From an uncultured virus (IMG/VR IMGVR_UViG_3300026478_000873) (lineage: Duplodnaviria > Heunggongvirae > Uroviricota > Caudoviricetes): 64,000 nucleotides of DNA. The stretch's first letter is position 1. Each line of letters starts with the position of its first letter. Location of the stretch: IMG/VR virus record IMGVR_UViG_3300026478_000873; one strand, 5' to 3'. The notes beneath the pieces are model-generated. The model saw only the letters and a list, made by a program, of their open reading frames with translations, ran no database searches and was not told the DNA's origin. The translations under genes and the position numbers were made by a program. Below are positions 44,619-54,200 of the stretch, piece by piece.

Positions 44619-45818
44619 ATGAATATGAGCACCATTTCTTGCCGATACGATTTCTCTCCTATTGAGAAATACGAACTCACGCCAGAAGGTTATCTTCGGG
44701 CATGGGCTTCTATCGCACGCACTGGCATCCAGCATTACACAGATAGTGATGGTTCCATTCGTCGCGAATATCGTCCCGAGACAGAAGTGGCGTCTCCCGA
44801 AAGCCTTGCTTCATTTGCGGGCAAGGCAATCACTTCGGAACACCCCCCTGTGCTTCTCGATTCCGAGAATACTAAAGACTACCAAGTAGGATTTAGTGGC
44901 ACTGAAGTGGTATACGACAATGGTTTCGTGAAGGCAGTGATGACAATCACTGACGAAGATACCATTAAGCGCATCATGAAGGGGGATGCTCGTGAGGTAA
45001 GCGCGGGCTATAGGGTGAATTATGATCCCACGCCCGGCGTTACAGAAAACGGCGAACATTACGATGGTATCCAAAAAGAAATCATCGGTAATCACATCGC
45101 TGTTGTCCGCCGGGGCCGCGCTGGCCCGCAAGTGAAGCTCCATCTTGATCGCCAAGATGCTGCTGACCCATCTTTAATCTCTAATACAGGAGACCATCTA
45201 ATGACTGCAAAAGTCGTTTTTGATGGCGCCGAGTTTGAAGTGACGGAGAGCGTTGCTCTTGCGATCACTAAAGAACGTGAAGACGCCAAGATGTCCTACG
45301 AGGACATGAAGAAAAAGTACGACGAACTGCAGGCCGCTGCCGATTCCATGAAGTCCGAAATGGATGCTATGGGAAAGGAAATGCAAGGCAAGTGCGATTC
45401 CGCTGAGGGTCGTGCTGATGCACTGGCTGAGCAGATCGAAGAACTGAAGACTGAACTGGCTGCCGCCAAGGAAATCAATCTTGATTCCCTGGTTAAAGAG
45501 CGCGTGGCTCTCGTTGAGAAAGCCAAGCCTGTTCTGGATAGCGCCTATGAATTCGCTGGCAAAACTGCCCGTGAAGTGATGGTTGATTCCATCAAGGCAG
45601 TGCGTGGTGATGAGCTTGATCTCTCTGAGAAGAGCGATGACTACGTGCAGGCAATGTTTGACACTCTCTCTGAGGGCCGTTCTGACTCTGCCACCACCGA
45701 CGAGCTGCGCAAAGCCGTAGCTTCCATTGCTTCTCCTGTTTCTGCACCCTCTGCCTATATGGACATGCTGCAGAATGCATGGAAGAAGCCCCTTTCCATC
45801 TCCAAGGAGGCTAAGTAA
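44619..45818 (+). CDS. DUF2213 prohead protease / scaffold
   Basis: TPEGYL..IARTG.Q.Y, IT.EHP, EVSAGY, NHIAVV..GRAG; C-terminal coiled coil. Confidence 0.85.
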   Translation: MNMSTISCRYDFSPIEKYELTPEGYLRAWASIARTGIQHYTDSDGSIRREYRPETEVASPESLASFAGKAITSEHPPVLLDSENTKDYQVGFSGTEVVYDNGFVKAVMTITDEDTIKRIMKGDAREVSAGYRVNYDPTPGVTENGEHYDGIQKEIIGNHIAVVRRGRAGPQVKLHLDRQDAADPSLISNTGDHLMTAKVVFDGAEFEVTESVALAITKEREDAKMSYEDMKKKYDELQAAADSMKSEMDAMGKEMQGKCDSAEGRADALAEQIEELKTELAAAKEINLDSLVKERVALVEKAKPVLDSAYEFAGKTAREVMVDSIKAVRGDELDLSEKSDDYVQAMFDTLSEGRSDSATTDELRKAVASIASPVSAPSAYMDMLQNAWKKPLSISKEAK

Positions 45819-45820
45819 TC

Positions 45821-46381
45821 ATGGCCGTAACTTTCTCTGCTTCGGGCACTGCCTCCGCTGGTGGCGTGCAACAGAGCTACGCTCTGGAGCACACCGCACT
45901 GCTGGAAGGTCAACTGTCCGATATTCGCAGCAACACCATTGGCACTAGCGTCAATGAAACTGGTGCTGTCGTGGCTTTTGGTAACGTTGTTGTTTATAAC
46001 AACGCTGGTACTGTTGAAAATTCCGCTTGCACTATCTCGGGCGCTTCCGATACCGTGCTTGGCGTAAACGTGCTCACCTATGTTGATGAAACCGCCCTGG
46101 ACACCAATAGCCGTCCTGGCGTGAAGAATCAGCAGGTGATGAACGTGGCCAACGAAGGCGCAGTGGCCGTCTATGTGACCGGCGCTGTAACTCCTAAGAG
46201 CCCCGTGCGTGTGCTGTATTCCGCCAGTGGCACTGGCAAGGCTGGTCAGTTTTCGCATGCTTTTGCTTCTGGCAAGACCGTTCGCCTCGCTGGCGCACGC
46301 TTCCTGAGCACCACCACTTCCAGCGGCATTGCAATTCTGGAGCTGAATGGCCCCAGCTTTACTCTTTCCGCTGATTCTTGA
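45821..46381 (+). CDS. capsid decoration / cement protein
   Basis: Between scaffold and major capsid; beta-rich. Confidence 0.65.
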   Translation: MAVTFSASGTASAGGVQQSYALEHTALLEGQLSDIRSNTIGTSVNETGAVVAFGNVVVYNNAGTVENSACTISGASDTVLGVNVLTYVDETALDTNSRPGVKNQQVMNVANEGAVAVYVTGAVTPKSPVRVLYSASGTGKAGQFSHAFASGKTVRLAGARFLSTTTSSGIAILELNGPSFTLSADS

Positions 46382-46396
46382 TAGGAGGCCCTAACA

Positions 46397-47305
46397 ATGT
46401 CTGAATTCCGTATGGATGACGCGGGTCTGTTCCTTGAGCGTCAGCTTGAGTACATCCGCCCCCAAGTGTTTGAAGTGCAGTATGCGGATATTAAGTATCC
46501 GACCATTCTGCCTGTTACCAGTGAAGCTGGCCCTGGCGCTCAGACCTTCACTTACCGCATCATGGACTCCACTGGTGAGTTCAAGCTGATCGCTGATGCT
46601 GCTGATGATCTGCCCCGTGCTGACATCAGCCAGACCGAGAAGAGCATCAACATCCGCTCCTTCGGTGGTTCCTTCGGTTATACCGTGCAGGAACTGCGTG
46701 CCGCTCAGATGGCCAACATCGCTCTGGAGCAGCGTCGTGCTGCTGCTGTGCGTCGTGCCTATGAAGAGAAGGTGGAAGAAGTGGCCCTGTTCGGTGAGAG
46801 CACCGTGGGTCTTTCCGGTTTCTTCAACAACTCCACCGTGGATGTTGTGGCCGCTGATAAGTGGTTCACCACTGCAAGCATCACCGCCCAGGAAATGCTT
46901 GAGCTGCTGAACTATGGCGTGACTGCCATTATCAATGGCTCCAAAATGAAGGAGCAGCCCGACACTATCCTCATGGCTTATGAGGATTACAACAAGGTGA
47001 GCACCACTCGCAACTCCGACTCCTCGGATGTGACCGTGCTGGAATACTTCCTGCGCACCAACCCCTACATCCGCAATGTTGAGCCCATCAACCAACTGGA
47101 TGCTGATAACAGCGTGCTGAACACCAACCGCATGGTTGTGTATAAGCGCGATCCCGAGAAAGTGCAACTGCACATTCCTCAGCCCCTGGAACTCTTCCCG
47201 CCCCAACAGCGCGGCCTTGAGTTCATCGTTCCCGCTCATGCTCGCGTGGGTGGCGTGGCTCTGTACTATCCCAAGAGCGTTATCTACGTTCAGGCTTCTA
47301 GCTGA
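46397..47305 (+). CDS. major capsid protein (DUF2184-like)
   Basis: FL.RQLEYI, DLPRAD, GYTVQEL.AA, GG...YYP; strong codon bias; AGGAGG RBS. Confidence 0.88.
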   Translation: MSEFRMDDAGLFLERQLEYIRPQVFEVQYADIKYPTILPVTSEAGPGAQTFTYRIMDSTGEFKLIADAADDLPRADISQTEKSINIRSFGGSFGYTVQELRAAQMANIALEQRRAAAVRRAYEEKVEEVALFGESTVGLSGFFNNSTVDVVAADKWFTTASITAQEMLELLNYGVTAIINGSKMKEQPDTILMAYEDYNKVSTTRNSDSSDVTVLEYFLRTNPYIRNVEPINQLDADNSVLNTNRMVVYKRDPEKVQLHIPQPLELFPPQQRGLEFIVPAHARVGGVALYYPKSVIYVQASS

Positions 47306-47360
47306 GGATAGTTAATCAAGGGAGGGACGTTAAGCTATGAACAATTGTTTTTTTTGAACA

Positions 47361-47747
47361 ATGCTAATTGCTTATCGTCCCGAACTTGAAAACCCGCCCC
47401 GTGAAGGCGGGTTTGGCATTATTACGCAAACAGGTATGATCCAACTCACGCCTGGTCTTAATCAAGATATTCCAGAACATCAATGGAAAGTGGCTCGTGA
47501 GAATAAGGCAGTAAAACGCCTTATGAACATTGGAGCCATTGAGGAAGTGCGAGAGCAGATCATGGTGGAAGACATTCCGCAAGATGTGCAAACGCTTTCT
47601 CAGATGCCAATGGTGGAAGCCATCCGCATGATTGAACTCATTCATGATCCAGATCAATTGAATGGCTGGAAAAAGATTGAAGGCCGCGTGCGCGTGCGCA
47701 ATGCCATTAATAAGCGCATTGAAAACATTCGCATTGGGAAAGCCTGA
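47361..47747 (+). CDS. hypothetical virion protein
   Basis: Position after major capsid. Confidence 0.6.
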   Translation: MLIAYRPELENPPREGGFGIITQTGMIQLTPGLNQDIPEHQWKVARENKAVKRLMNIGAIEEVREQIMVEDIPQDVQTLSQMPMVEAIRMIELIHDPDQLNGWKKIEGRVRVRNAINKRIENIRIGKA

Positions 47748-47749
47748 TT

Positions 47750-48061
47750 ATGGCCGTTACTTATGCGAGTTTTCTTGAGCGGTTCCCTGAATTCACTCCC
47801 CATCCATCGGGAATTGTGAATGGCGCCATCTCTGAAGCCACCTACGATGCTTCTGCAGACGTGTTTGGGGAACAAACTGATAGAGCAGTTAAATTTCTTG
47901 CTGCTCATATCATTGCCATCCAACTTGCACAAATGGGCATTCAAATTGGTGCCACTGAAGGCAAGGTGTATGGTGAGGGGCTAGATGCCACTCAATACGG
48001 TCAAGAGTTTAAGCGTATGCTGAATACGCTGCCTTCTTCTTCTGTTGGTTTCGTTGTATGA
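47750..48061 (+). CDS. head-tail adaptor (DUF4054-like)
   Basis: F..RFPEF...LAAH...TQYGQEF. Confidence 0.8.
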   Translation: MAVTYASFLERFPEFTPHPSGIVNGAISEATYDASADVFGEQTDRAVKFLAAHIIAIQLAQMGIQIGATEGKVYGEGLDATQYGQEFKRMLNTLPSSSVGFVV

Positions 48062-48447
48062 GCAATTTTCTGGAGCCACTTGCCAATTCCACACTGGTAT
48101 GGTCGGTGGCTTCAGGCTATGCACTTGATAGCGAAACTGGAAATTACGTTGCCGTTGCAACAGGCGTCACTTATTACGCCACGTTAAGGCAGAAGCGTAA
48201 TCCTCAGTACGATTATTTGCTTGGTGCAGATCAAACTGCTGTCTACATGGAGGGGCGTCTCACTTCTCCATTAACGCTTTCCGGCGTAACGCCTGGTGAT
48301 TCTGCTCAAGCAACGATCAATGGAAGAGAAGGGCGCTTTGAACTGTTGCCAAACGAGGAGATTGCTATTCATTATTGGCAGTTCCTCGGCACGCCAATTA
48401 GAGGAATTTTTAGACTAATTGGCAAAGGAAGCGTTGATAACGCTTAA
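48058..48447 (+). CDS. head closure-like protein
   Basis: Synteny. Confidence 0.5.
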   Translation: MSNFLEPLANSTLVWSVASGYALDSETGNYVAVATGVTYYATLRQKRNPQYDYLLGADQTAVYMEGRLTSPLTLSGVTPGDSAQATINGREGRFELLPNEEIAIHYWQFLGTPIRGIFRLIGKGSVDNA

Positions 48448-48479
48448 TCACTTTTCTTTCCATTGCTGAGGATCTTCTC

Positions 48480-49058
48480 ATGCTTTACCATCCCACAGAA
48501 CTGGTGAAGAGCCAAGACGTGATTGTGCGTGTTGGCTCGATCAGTGGCACCAGCCGCCCCGTAATCACCCAGAGCGGCGCCACCTTCAGCGTAAGCGGCG
48601 CTCCCACTCTTTACACTCTGCAAGCTGCTACCACGGCTTCTGTTGCCTTCAATGATGGCAATACTGAGTTCTACCTGCTTGGCGGCGGTGGTTTTGCTGA
48701 TAGCGTAATTGTTACCAGCCAAGCCACTGCATCCATTACTTCCTATTTCCAAAAGGATGTTGATGGCACCGTGTTTGTGCCGAATAGCTTTGACGAGGCT
48801 TTCCAGGTGATCAGCTCGGCTCGTTATGACAAGAACGCTGAGGTGTACGTGGAAATCAACAAGCAGCTTGGCGCTTCAGGCACCACTTATTACTATGACC
48901 GAGTGGCTTACGTGGGTCGCGTGATGAACTACAACGAGAGCTATCCTGCTGATAACCTCGTGGAATGCACCTTCGATCTGATTAGCCGTGGTCGCATTGG
49001 CATTCATCAGAATGCCTCCGAGACTGGCTCGATCATCCCGACTGCTCCTAATAGCTGA
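48480..49058 (+). CDS. major tail (tube) protein
   Basis: Synteny, high-expression codon usage, PADNLVECTFDL..RG; terminator follows. Confidence 0.7.
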   Translation: MLYHPTELVKSQDVIVRVGSISGTSRPVITQSGATFSVSGAPTLYTLQAATTASVAFNDGNTEFYLLGGGGFADSVIVTSQATASITSYFQKDVDGTVFVPNSFDEAFQVISSARYDKNAEVYVEINKQLGASGTTYYYDRVAYVGRVMNYNESYPADNLVECTFDLISRGRIGIHQNASETGSIIPTAPNS

Positions 49059-49081
49059 TTCATCTTTCCATAGATCTTTGC

Positions 49082-49109
49082 TAGCCTTCCCTTACGGGGA
49101 GGCTATTTT
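49082..49109 (+). terminator. intrinsic terminator
   Basis: TAGCCTTCCC-TTAC-GGGGAGGCTA-TTTT. Confidence 0.8.
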
Positions 49110-49112
49110 ATT

Positions 49113-49523
49113 GTGAACATTGCACAACTTCGGGAAGTGGTTACTGAGCTACTTTCCGCATCGCCTAATTTAATTGGCACTTATACATTGCCAAATAATT
49201 CAACGCTTCCTGCTGTTTACGTAGTGGGAAGGCAAAGCGTGCCGCACGAATGGAAAGTGAAGGGACTGGAAGTGACAATGAGAGAGTTTCCAATCCTTAA
49301 TCCTGGCTCTCCATTGGGAGGCACTGTAAAAGTGAGTCAAGTATGGGAAGTGGTTTTAACTCAATTTACACCCAGTAGCAATACGCTCGCTACAGCGATG
49401 GACAGAATGGTTAGACGTTTTCCTGATGCCACGCCAAGATATTTTCAGGGAGATGATATTGCCTATGAGCGCTGTCGATTTTTGATTCCAGATTTAATTC
49501 TCCGTAATTTAATTGCGCCATGA
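49113..49523 (+). CDS. tail terminator-like protein
   Basis: Synteny. Confidence 0.5.
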   Translation: MNIAQLREVVTELLSASPNLIGTYTLPNNSTLPAVYVVGRQSVPHEWKVKGLEVTMREFPILNPGSPLGGTVKVSQVWEVVLTQFTPSSNTLATAMDRMVRRFPDATPRYFQGDDIAYERCRFLIPDLILRNLIAP

Positions 49524-49972
49524 GTGGAATCATCAATGGAGGCTCAATTATTAACGGAAAAATTCTTGAGCAAAAATTAGCGCAAGCTTTTGAAACTTGG
49601 GCACGTTTTGATGCGAACGATTATTTTCGCGGACAATTTACGGAAGACAAGTGGAACTATCCTGGAGAGACAGAAAGGAAAAGCGGAGAACTTGCCAGGG
49701 ATCCACGTAATATTTTCGATCTTGGCGATCTTTATAGAAGTGGTAGGGATAGCTTTAAAATTACGCAAGGAAGCATAGATATCACTGCATCGTGGGATTG
49801 GGATGCAAAGAATAGTTCAGGAAGAGGCTATGCGTGGTATGTTCATGAAGGACTGTCAACTAATTTGGCGCCAAGGCAGTGGACAGACGTGTTTCAGCAG
49901 CGCGATCTATTTGCAAGTAGCAATGTAAGCAAGGAGCTAAGATCGCGAATACGTAAAGCATTGGGCAAATGA
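49520..49972 (+). CDS. neck / tail completion protein
   Basis: PRNIFDLG.L..S, YAWYVHEG...PRQWT. Confidence 0.65.
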   Translation: MSGIINGGSIINGKILEQKLAQAFETWARFDANDYFRGQFTEDKWNYPGETERKSGELARDPRNIFDLGDLYRSGRDSFKITQGSIDITASWDWDAKNSSGRGYAWYVHEGLSTNLAPRQWTDVFQQRDLFASSNVSKELRSRIRKALGK

Positions 49973-50226
49973 ACATCGATTATCTATGGAACCAGGATAA
50001 TACTGTGCATGCCATTAATTGCGAGCTTAACGGCATGGCTCTAGACGTTGGCATATTATGCCTTATTTCTTGCCGGGAAGAGACGCTTAGAATAAGCAAC
50101 GAAAATCATTCAATGCTGGTTGAAGTGCCTAAGGAATTTCGCTCTAACAGCGAAAGAGTGAAGGTGTTCAACGCATTGTTAAACGTTCTTGATCATGAGC
50201 AAATACAGCTTCCTTCTGCAAACTAA
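49969..50226 (+). CDS. hypothetical protein
   Basis: Coupled ORF. Confidence 0.5.
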   Translation: MNIDYLWNQDNTVHAINCELNGMALDVGILCLISCREETLRISNENHSMLVEVPKEFRSNSERVKVFNALLNVLDHEQIQLPSAN

Positions 50227-50731
50227 AGCTGAAGATTATTGTGAGCTTCTTCCCGAAATTCGACTCAAGAAATACGGTGGTTGGCTTGTGGCCGAAGCCA
50301 TTGAACAGGAAGAAATTAGTAAACTGCAAAGCCAAGCTACTATTAAAGCTGTGCAACTGGCTAAGCGTATTGCCACTGCAAAGGACATCCCATTAGACGA
50401 AGCTTTCGGTTTACTTCAAGGCGGTGGCGGCTCTATTACTGAGGCTGAGCTTCTTTCCGAATACACGGAAGAAACCCTCAGTATGATTACCAGCGGCTCT
50501 TCAGTGGAAAGCACTAACGCTCGTATGGTTACTGCCTTTATTCGCTCTCGCGGTCAAGGCTTAATTGACGGGGAATGGCAAGACCTTTCTGATTGGGAAT
50601 TGGATGATACCAAAAATCTGCCTCGCAAAGCCATTGCCAAAGTGGTTGAATTTATTGCCGAAGAACAAAATGCTGAGACGCAGGAGGCAGTGGCCGCAAA
50701 AAAAGCAACGAAGAGGAATTCTCCTCAGTAG
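50195..50731 (+). CDS. tail assembly chaperone (G-like)
   Basis: Upstream of tape measure; slippery A7 near its end. Confidence 0.75.
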   Translation: MSKYSFLLQTKAEDYCELLPEIRLKKYGGWLVAEAIEQEEISKLQSQATIKAVQLAKRIATAKDIPLDEAFGLLQGGGGSITEAELLSEYTEETLSMITSGSSVESTNARMVTAFIRSRGQGLIDGEWQDLSDWELDDTKNLPRKAIAKVVEFIAEEQNAETQEAVAAKKATKRNSPQ

Positions 50732-51171
50732 CAGAAATGCTGGAAGCGCGAGCGCGTAACCAGTTAAAGGGACTGACAGATTGGAATGAAATTTATTTCC
50801 GACTTTCTGCGTCGGATTTTCATGATAGACGATGGCATGCTGATCAATTTGGTCGGCAGCCATTGTCTGACATTAAGCGTGCATTGAAATATTTAGACAA
50901 ACACGACATTGCAAAATACAATGTGCAGAGCGTTGCTATTGCAAAGCTTGGCACTATGGCCGCTGGCATGATGGTAGGACGCAAGTCTAAAATTAAGCCG
51001 GAAGACTTTCTGCCCTTTGACACTAAAGCCATCAAGAAAGATACTGGCGTTACTGATGCCAGCTTGATTGTTCTTCAACGTTTAATGAAGACAAGAAAAA
51101 TGGACGGCAGGGTGATTGCATTGCTCGCCGATGATTTAAAAGCTTTTTCTGGGCGTAATCAAGAGCAATGA
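50698..51171 (+). CDS. tail assembly chaperone T part (-1 frameshift product)
   Basis: -1 frame open from A-AAA-AAA at 50698 through ATG 50737 to 51171. Confidence 0.7.
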   Translation, partial: KKSNEEEFSSVAEMLEARARNQLKGLTDWNEIYFRLSASDFHDRRWHADQFGRQPLSDIKRALKYLDKHDIAKYNVQSVAIAKLGTMAAGMMVGRKSKIKPEDFLPFDTKAIKKDTGVTDASLIVLQRLMKTRKMDGRVIALLADDLKAFSGRNQEQ

Positions 51172-51205
51172 TTATAGAATGAAGGGAATGTGATTAGAAA
51201 GCAAG

Positions 51206-54200
51206 ATGGCAGCTCAAGACGCCGAATTGAAGCTTAAGGTAAGTCTTGACCTGGCATTTTTCAGGCAGCAATTAGCAGGGCTTGGACAAGCTGCTGCTGG
51301 CACTCCATTGCCAGTGCAAATTAGATTTGATAGGCGTAGTGTGCAAAACGAGCTTAATGCTCTTGGCGCAAATATTAGACGCAGAAATTATACGCTTAAT
51401 GTTAACACTAATTTAAAGGCTGAAATTGAGAATGCGTCTAAATTGGCTAAAGCTCTGAATGAGCTAGGAAGATCCAGAGGCACCGCTCAGCAAGGGATCA
51501 ATCAACAGCTTGGGCTTGGTCAATTGTTAAAAGGCCCACAATCTGGGGGTATTGGCAGTAAAGATGTAGAAAGGCTTTATCGTGCAGCGGCTAGGGCTGG
51601 CATCCTTGAATACAGCAAAGAAGTAGCGAGAACAAAAGCTTCTGCGGTGGCAGCACTAGAAGAGGTTGGCAGCGATAGCGTAAAAGGTCTTCTTAATGGC
51701 CTTAAGAGCGAAGACGAAAAGTTGAGAGCAGCAGCCGAATATCTTGGAGAGTCTTTAATTAAGACGGTAAAGAATGTTCTTGGCATTGCATCGCCTTCTC
51801 GTGAATTTAAGAAGATTGGCCAAAATGTAGGCGAAGGTTTCCAGCAGGGCATGATGTCCTCGATGGATAAAGCCTTCGATGCAGTAGAAGGGCTAATGCG
51901 GGCACGCATGAAAGTGCTCGATACTATTGCTCGCGGCATGTTCCGCATGGCAGGCATTGACCCTGCTGCTATCAGGGCCGAAGCTGCTCAACGCCGCGCA
52001 TTGCCTGGCGTTAATTTCCCTGCGACAGTGCCGCCTCGCAATGTTTCAATTGGTCCGTCTGGAACAGGTAGAGCATTGCCGCCTGGAGCCATTCCTTCTG
52101 CATTGCCTGGCACTGCATTTGGTGCGCAACGTTATTTACCTACTGCATTAAGTGACGAGCTGAAAACAATTTTACGTGGAGCCGCATTTGCTTTTGTTGA
52201 CTCTCTTAAGCAGCAAGTAAGAAGCACTCGCATTGGCCTTGGAGCAACACAACAGCCTTTACTTGGGGCCAGTCGTATTGCTGGCTTACTTCCCGCTGGC
52301 GTTGGTCGTGCTCCCAGCGTTTATTCAACAGGTGCAGTTGGCGGCGAAACCCGCGCAGAAATGATGGCGCGTCGCGAACGTGAAGCCCGCATGCGCTCGG
52401 ATTTACGTGGCATGGATGTAATCGGAGGTGGGGCTGGTCGCACTCCTTCTCCTTACAGCTATGCGTATCGCGGGGCGCGTCCCACTAGCGCCATTGTTCC
52501 CTATGCAACTGGAGGGGCAATTGTACCTCAGCCGTCGATGGCGGGAGGCGGTGCGCAGCCTCCTGCCGGCGGCGGTGGTGGACGATTTGGTGGCTTTGGT
52601 GGCATGATTCCAGGCGCTGGTGATTTTGGTCGCGCCATTGGAGGAGTGAATCTACCTGGCACTGGAACAATTAGAGAGCTTGGACAGGAGTTTGGTTTTG
52701 CCGCTAAGCAAGTTGTGTTGTTTGGCCAGGCGTATAAATTACTTGCATTCATTCAAAATCTTCCAGCGCAAGTGGGTGCAGCAGTTGGACAATTACAAAG
52801 TTTTAGGAATACATTAAATGCAGTCACTCCTTCCACTGAAGAGGCTCGGGCGTCTAATGAGCTTTTGCTCGGACTCATGGAGAAATATAACGTGCCTTTG
52901 CAATCAGCACGTGATGGCTTTACTAAGCTATACGCTTCCATGGCTCCCGCTGGTTTCAGTGGAAACGAAATCAGAGACTTATTCACCGGCATTACAAAAG
53001 CTGCGGCCACGTTTGGCATGAGCGCAGATAAAGTTGATCGCGTTAACTATGCCTTTGCTCAGATGGCTAGTAAGGGGCAAGTGATGAGCGAAGAACTTAA
53101 AGGTCAGTTGGGCGATGTTCTGCCTGGTGCAATGGCTTTGTTTGCTGAAGCAGCAGGATTTAAAGGGCCTAAGGCCATTCAAGACTTTTCCGCTGCCTTG
53201 GAAGATGGCGCCTATAAAGGAGAGGCAATGGTTGCATTGCTGAAAAATGTAACTGTTGTAATGAATAAAGAGTTTGGTCCTGGCGCTGAAGGCGCGGCGC
53301 GAACTTTCCAGGGCGTAATGAACCGCATGCAAAACTCAATGGCTCTTTTCTATGAGAGCTTTGAACCTGTTGCAGTGGGATTCTTGAATAGCGTTGTTGC
53401 CCCGATGACGGACGGCATCAAACAGCTTACCGATGGACTTAATGCCTTTTTTACTGGTACAGCAGCAAAAACAGCAGGAGGATTTGCTATTGCTCAAGAG
53501 CTGGAGCGGCTGCGTCCGGCATTTGATGGCATTGGACAAAACGTGTCTACTTTTGTTGTTCAATTGGGAGAACTTGCAAGAGTTGCTCTTGATGTTGGCA
53601 AGGTATTCTTGCAAATTGCTGGCAATCCAATTGTTGGTTATCTTGCAAAGCTTTATGCGATTGCTCTTCCCATCAATATTGCGCTTGGCGTGATGCGTGG
53701 ATTGTGGGCTGCTAATGCATTGCAACTGTTAATTTTCAATGCAAGAGTTGCTTCTGGTACTTCGACTTTATCAGCGTTCAGGGGGATGATGGCTGCAACA
53801 GGCGCTACAGCGCAAACTACTGCAGCTTCCATCCGCACTGCTGGTATCACCTTGCGCACTTTCTTCGCGACAACTGGCGTTGGCTTGGTTGTTGTTGGTA
53901 TCAGTATGCTCATTGAGAAATTCCTGACAATGAACCAGGCACTGGCTGATACCAAAGCAAAGGCGATGGGTGCGGTGCAGGCTATTCGCTCAATGTCACA
54001 AACGGAAGCTCGCGCAGCCGAACAGCAGGCGCAGTCGGCCTATCAAACAATTGGAGCGATTGCAGGGCGTGGTGGTACTCAGCAACCAGGCGGAGATCGT
54101 CTTGTTCCCGTGAGCGAAAGAGAACTTAAGCAACTTCAGGGACTTGGCGCCATTCGCTCGCAACAGACCCCAGGTGGCCCGATCTACGTGAAGAGAAGCG

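Noticed and set aside
46391..47239. Long antisense ORFs over capsid, RNR and other genes
   Set aside because: Shadow frames produced by codon bias of the real genes
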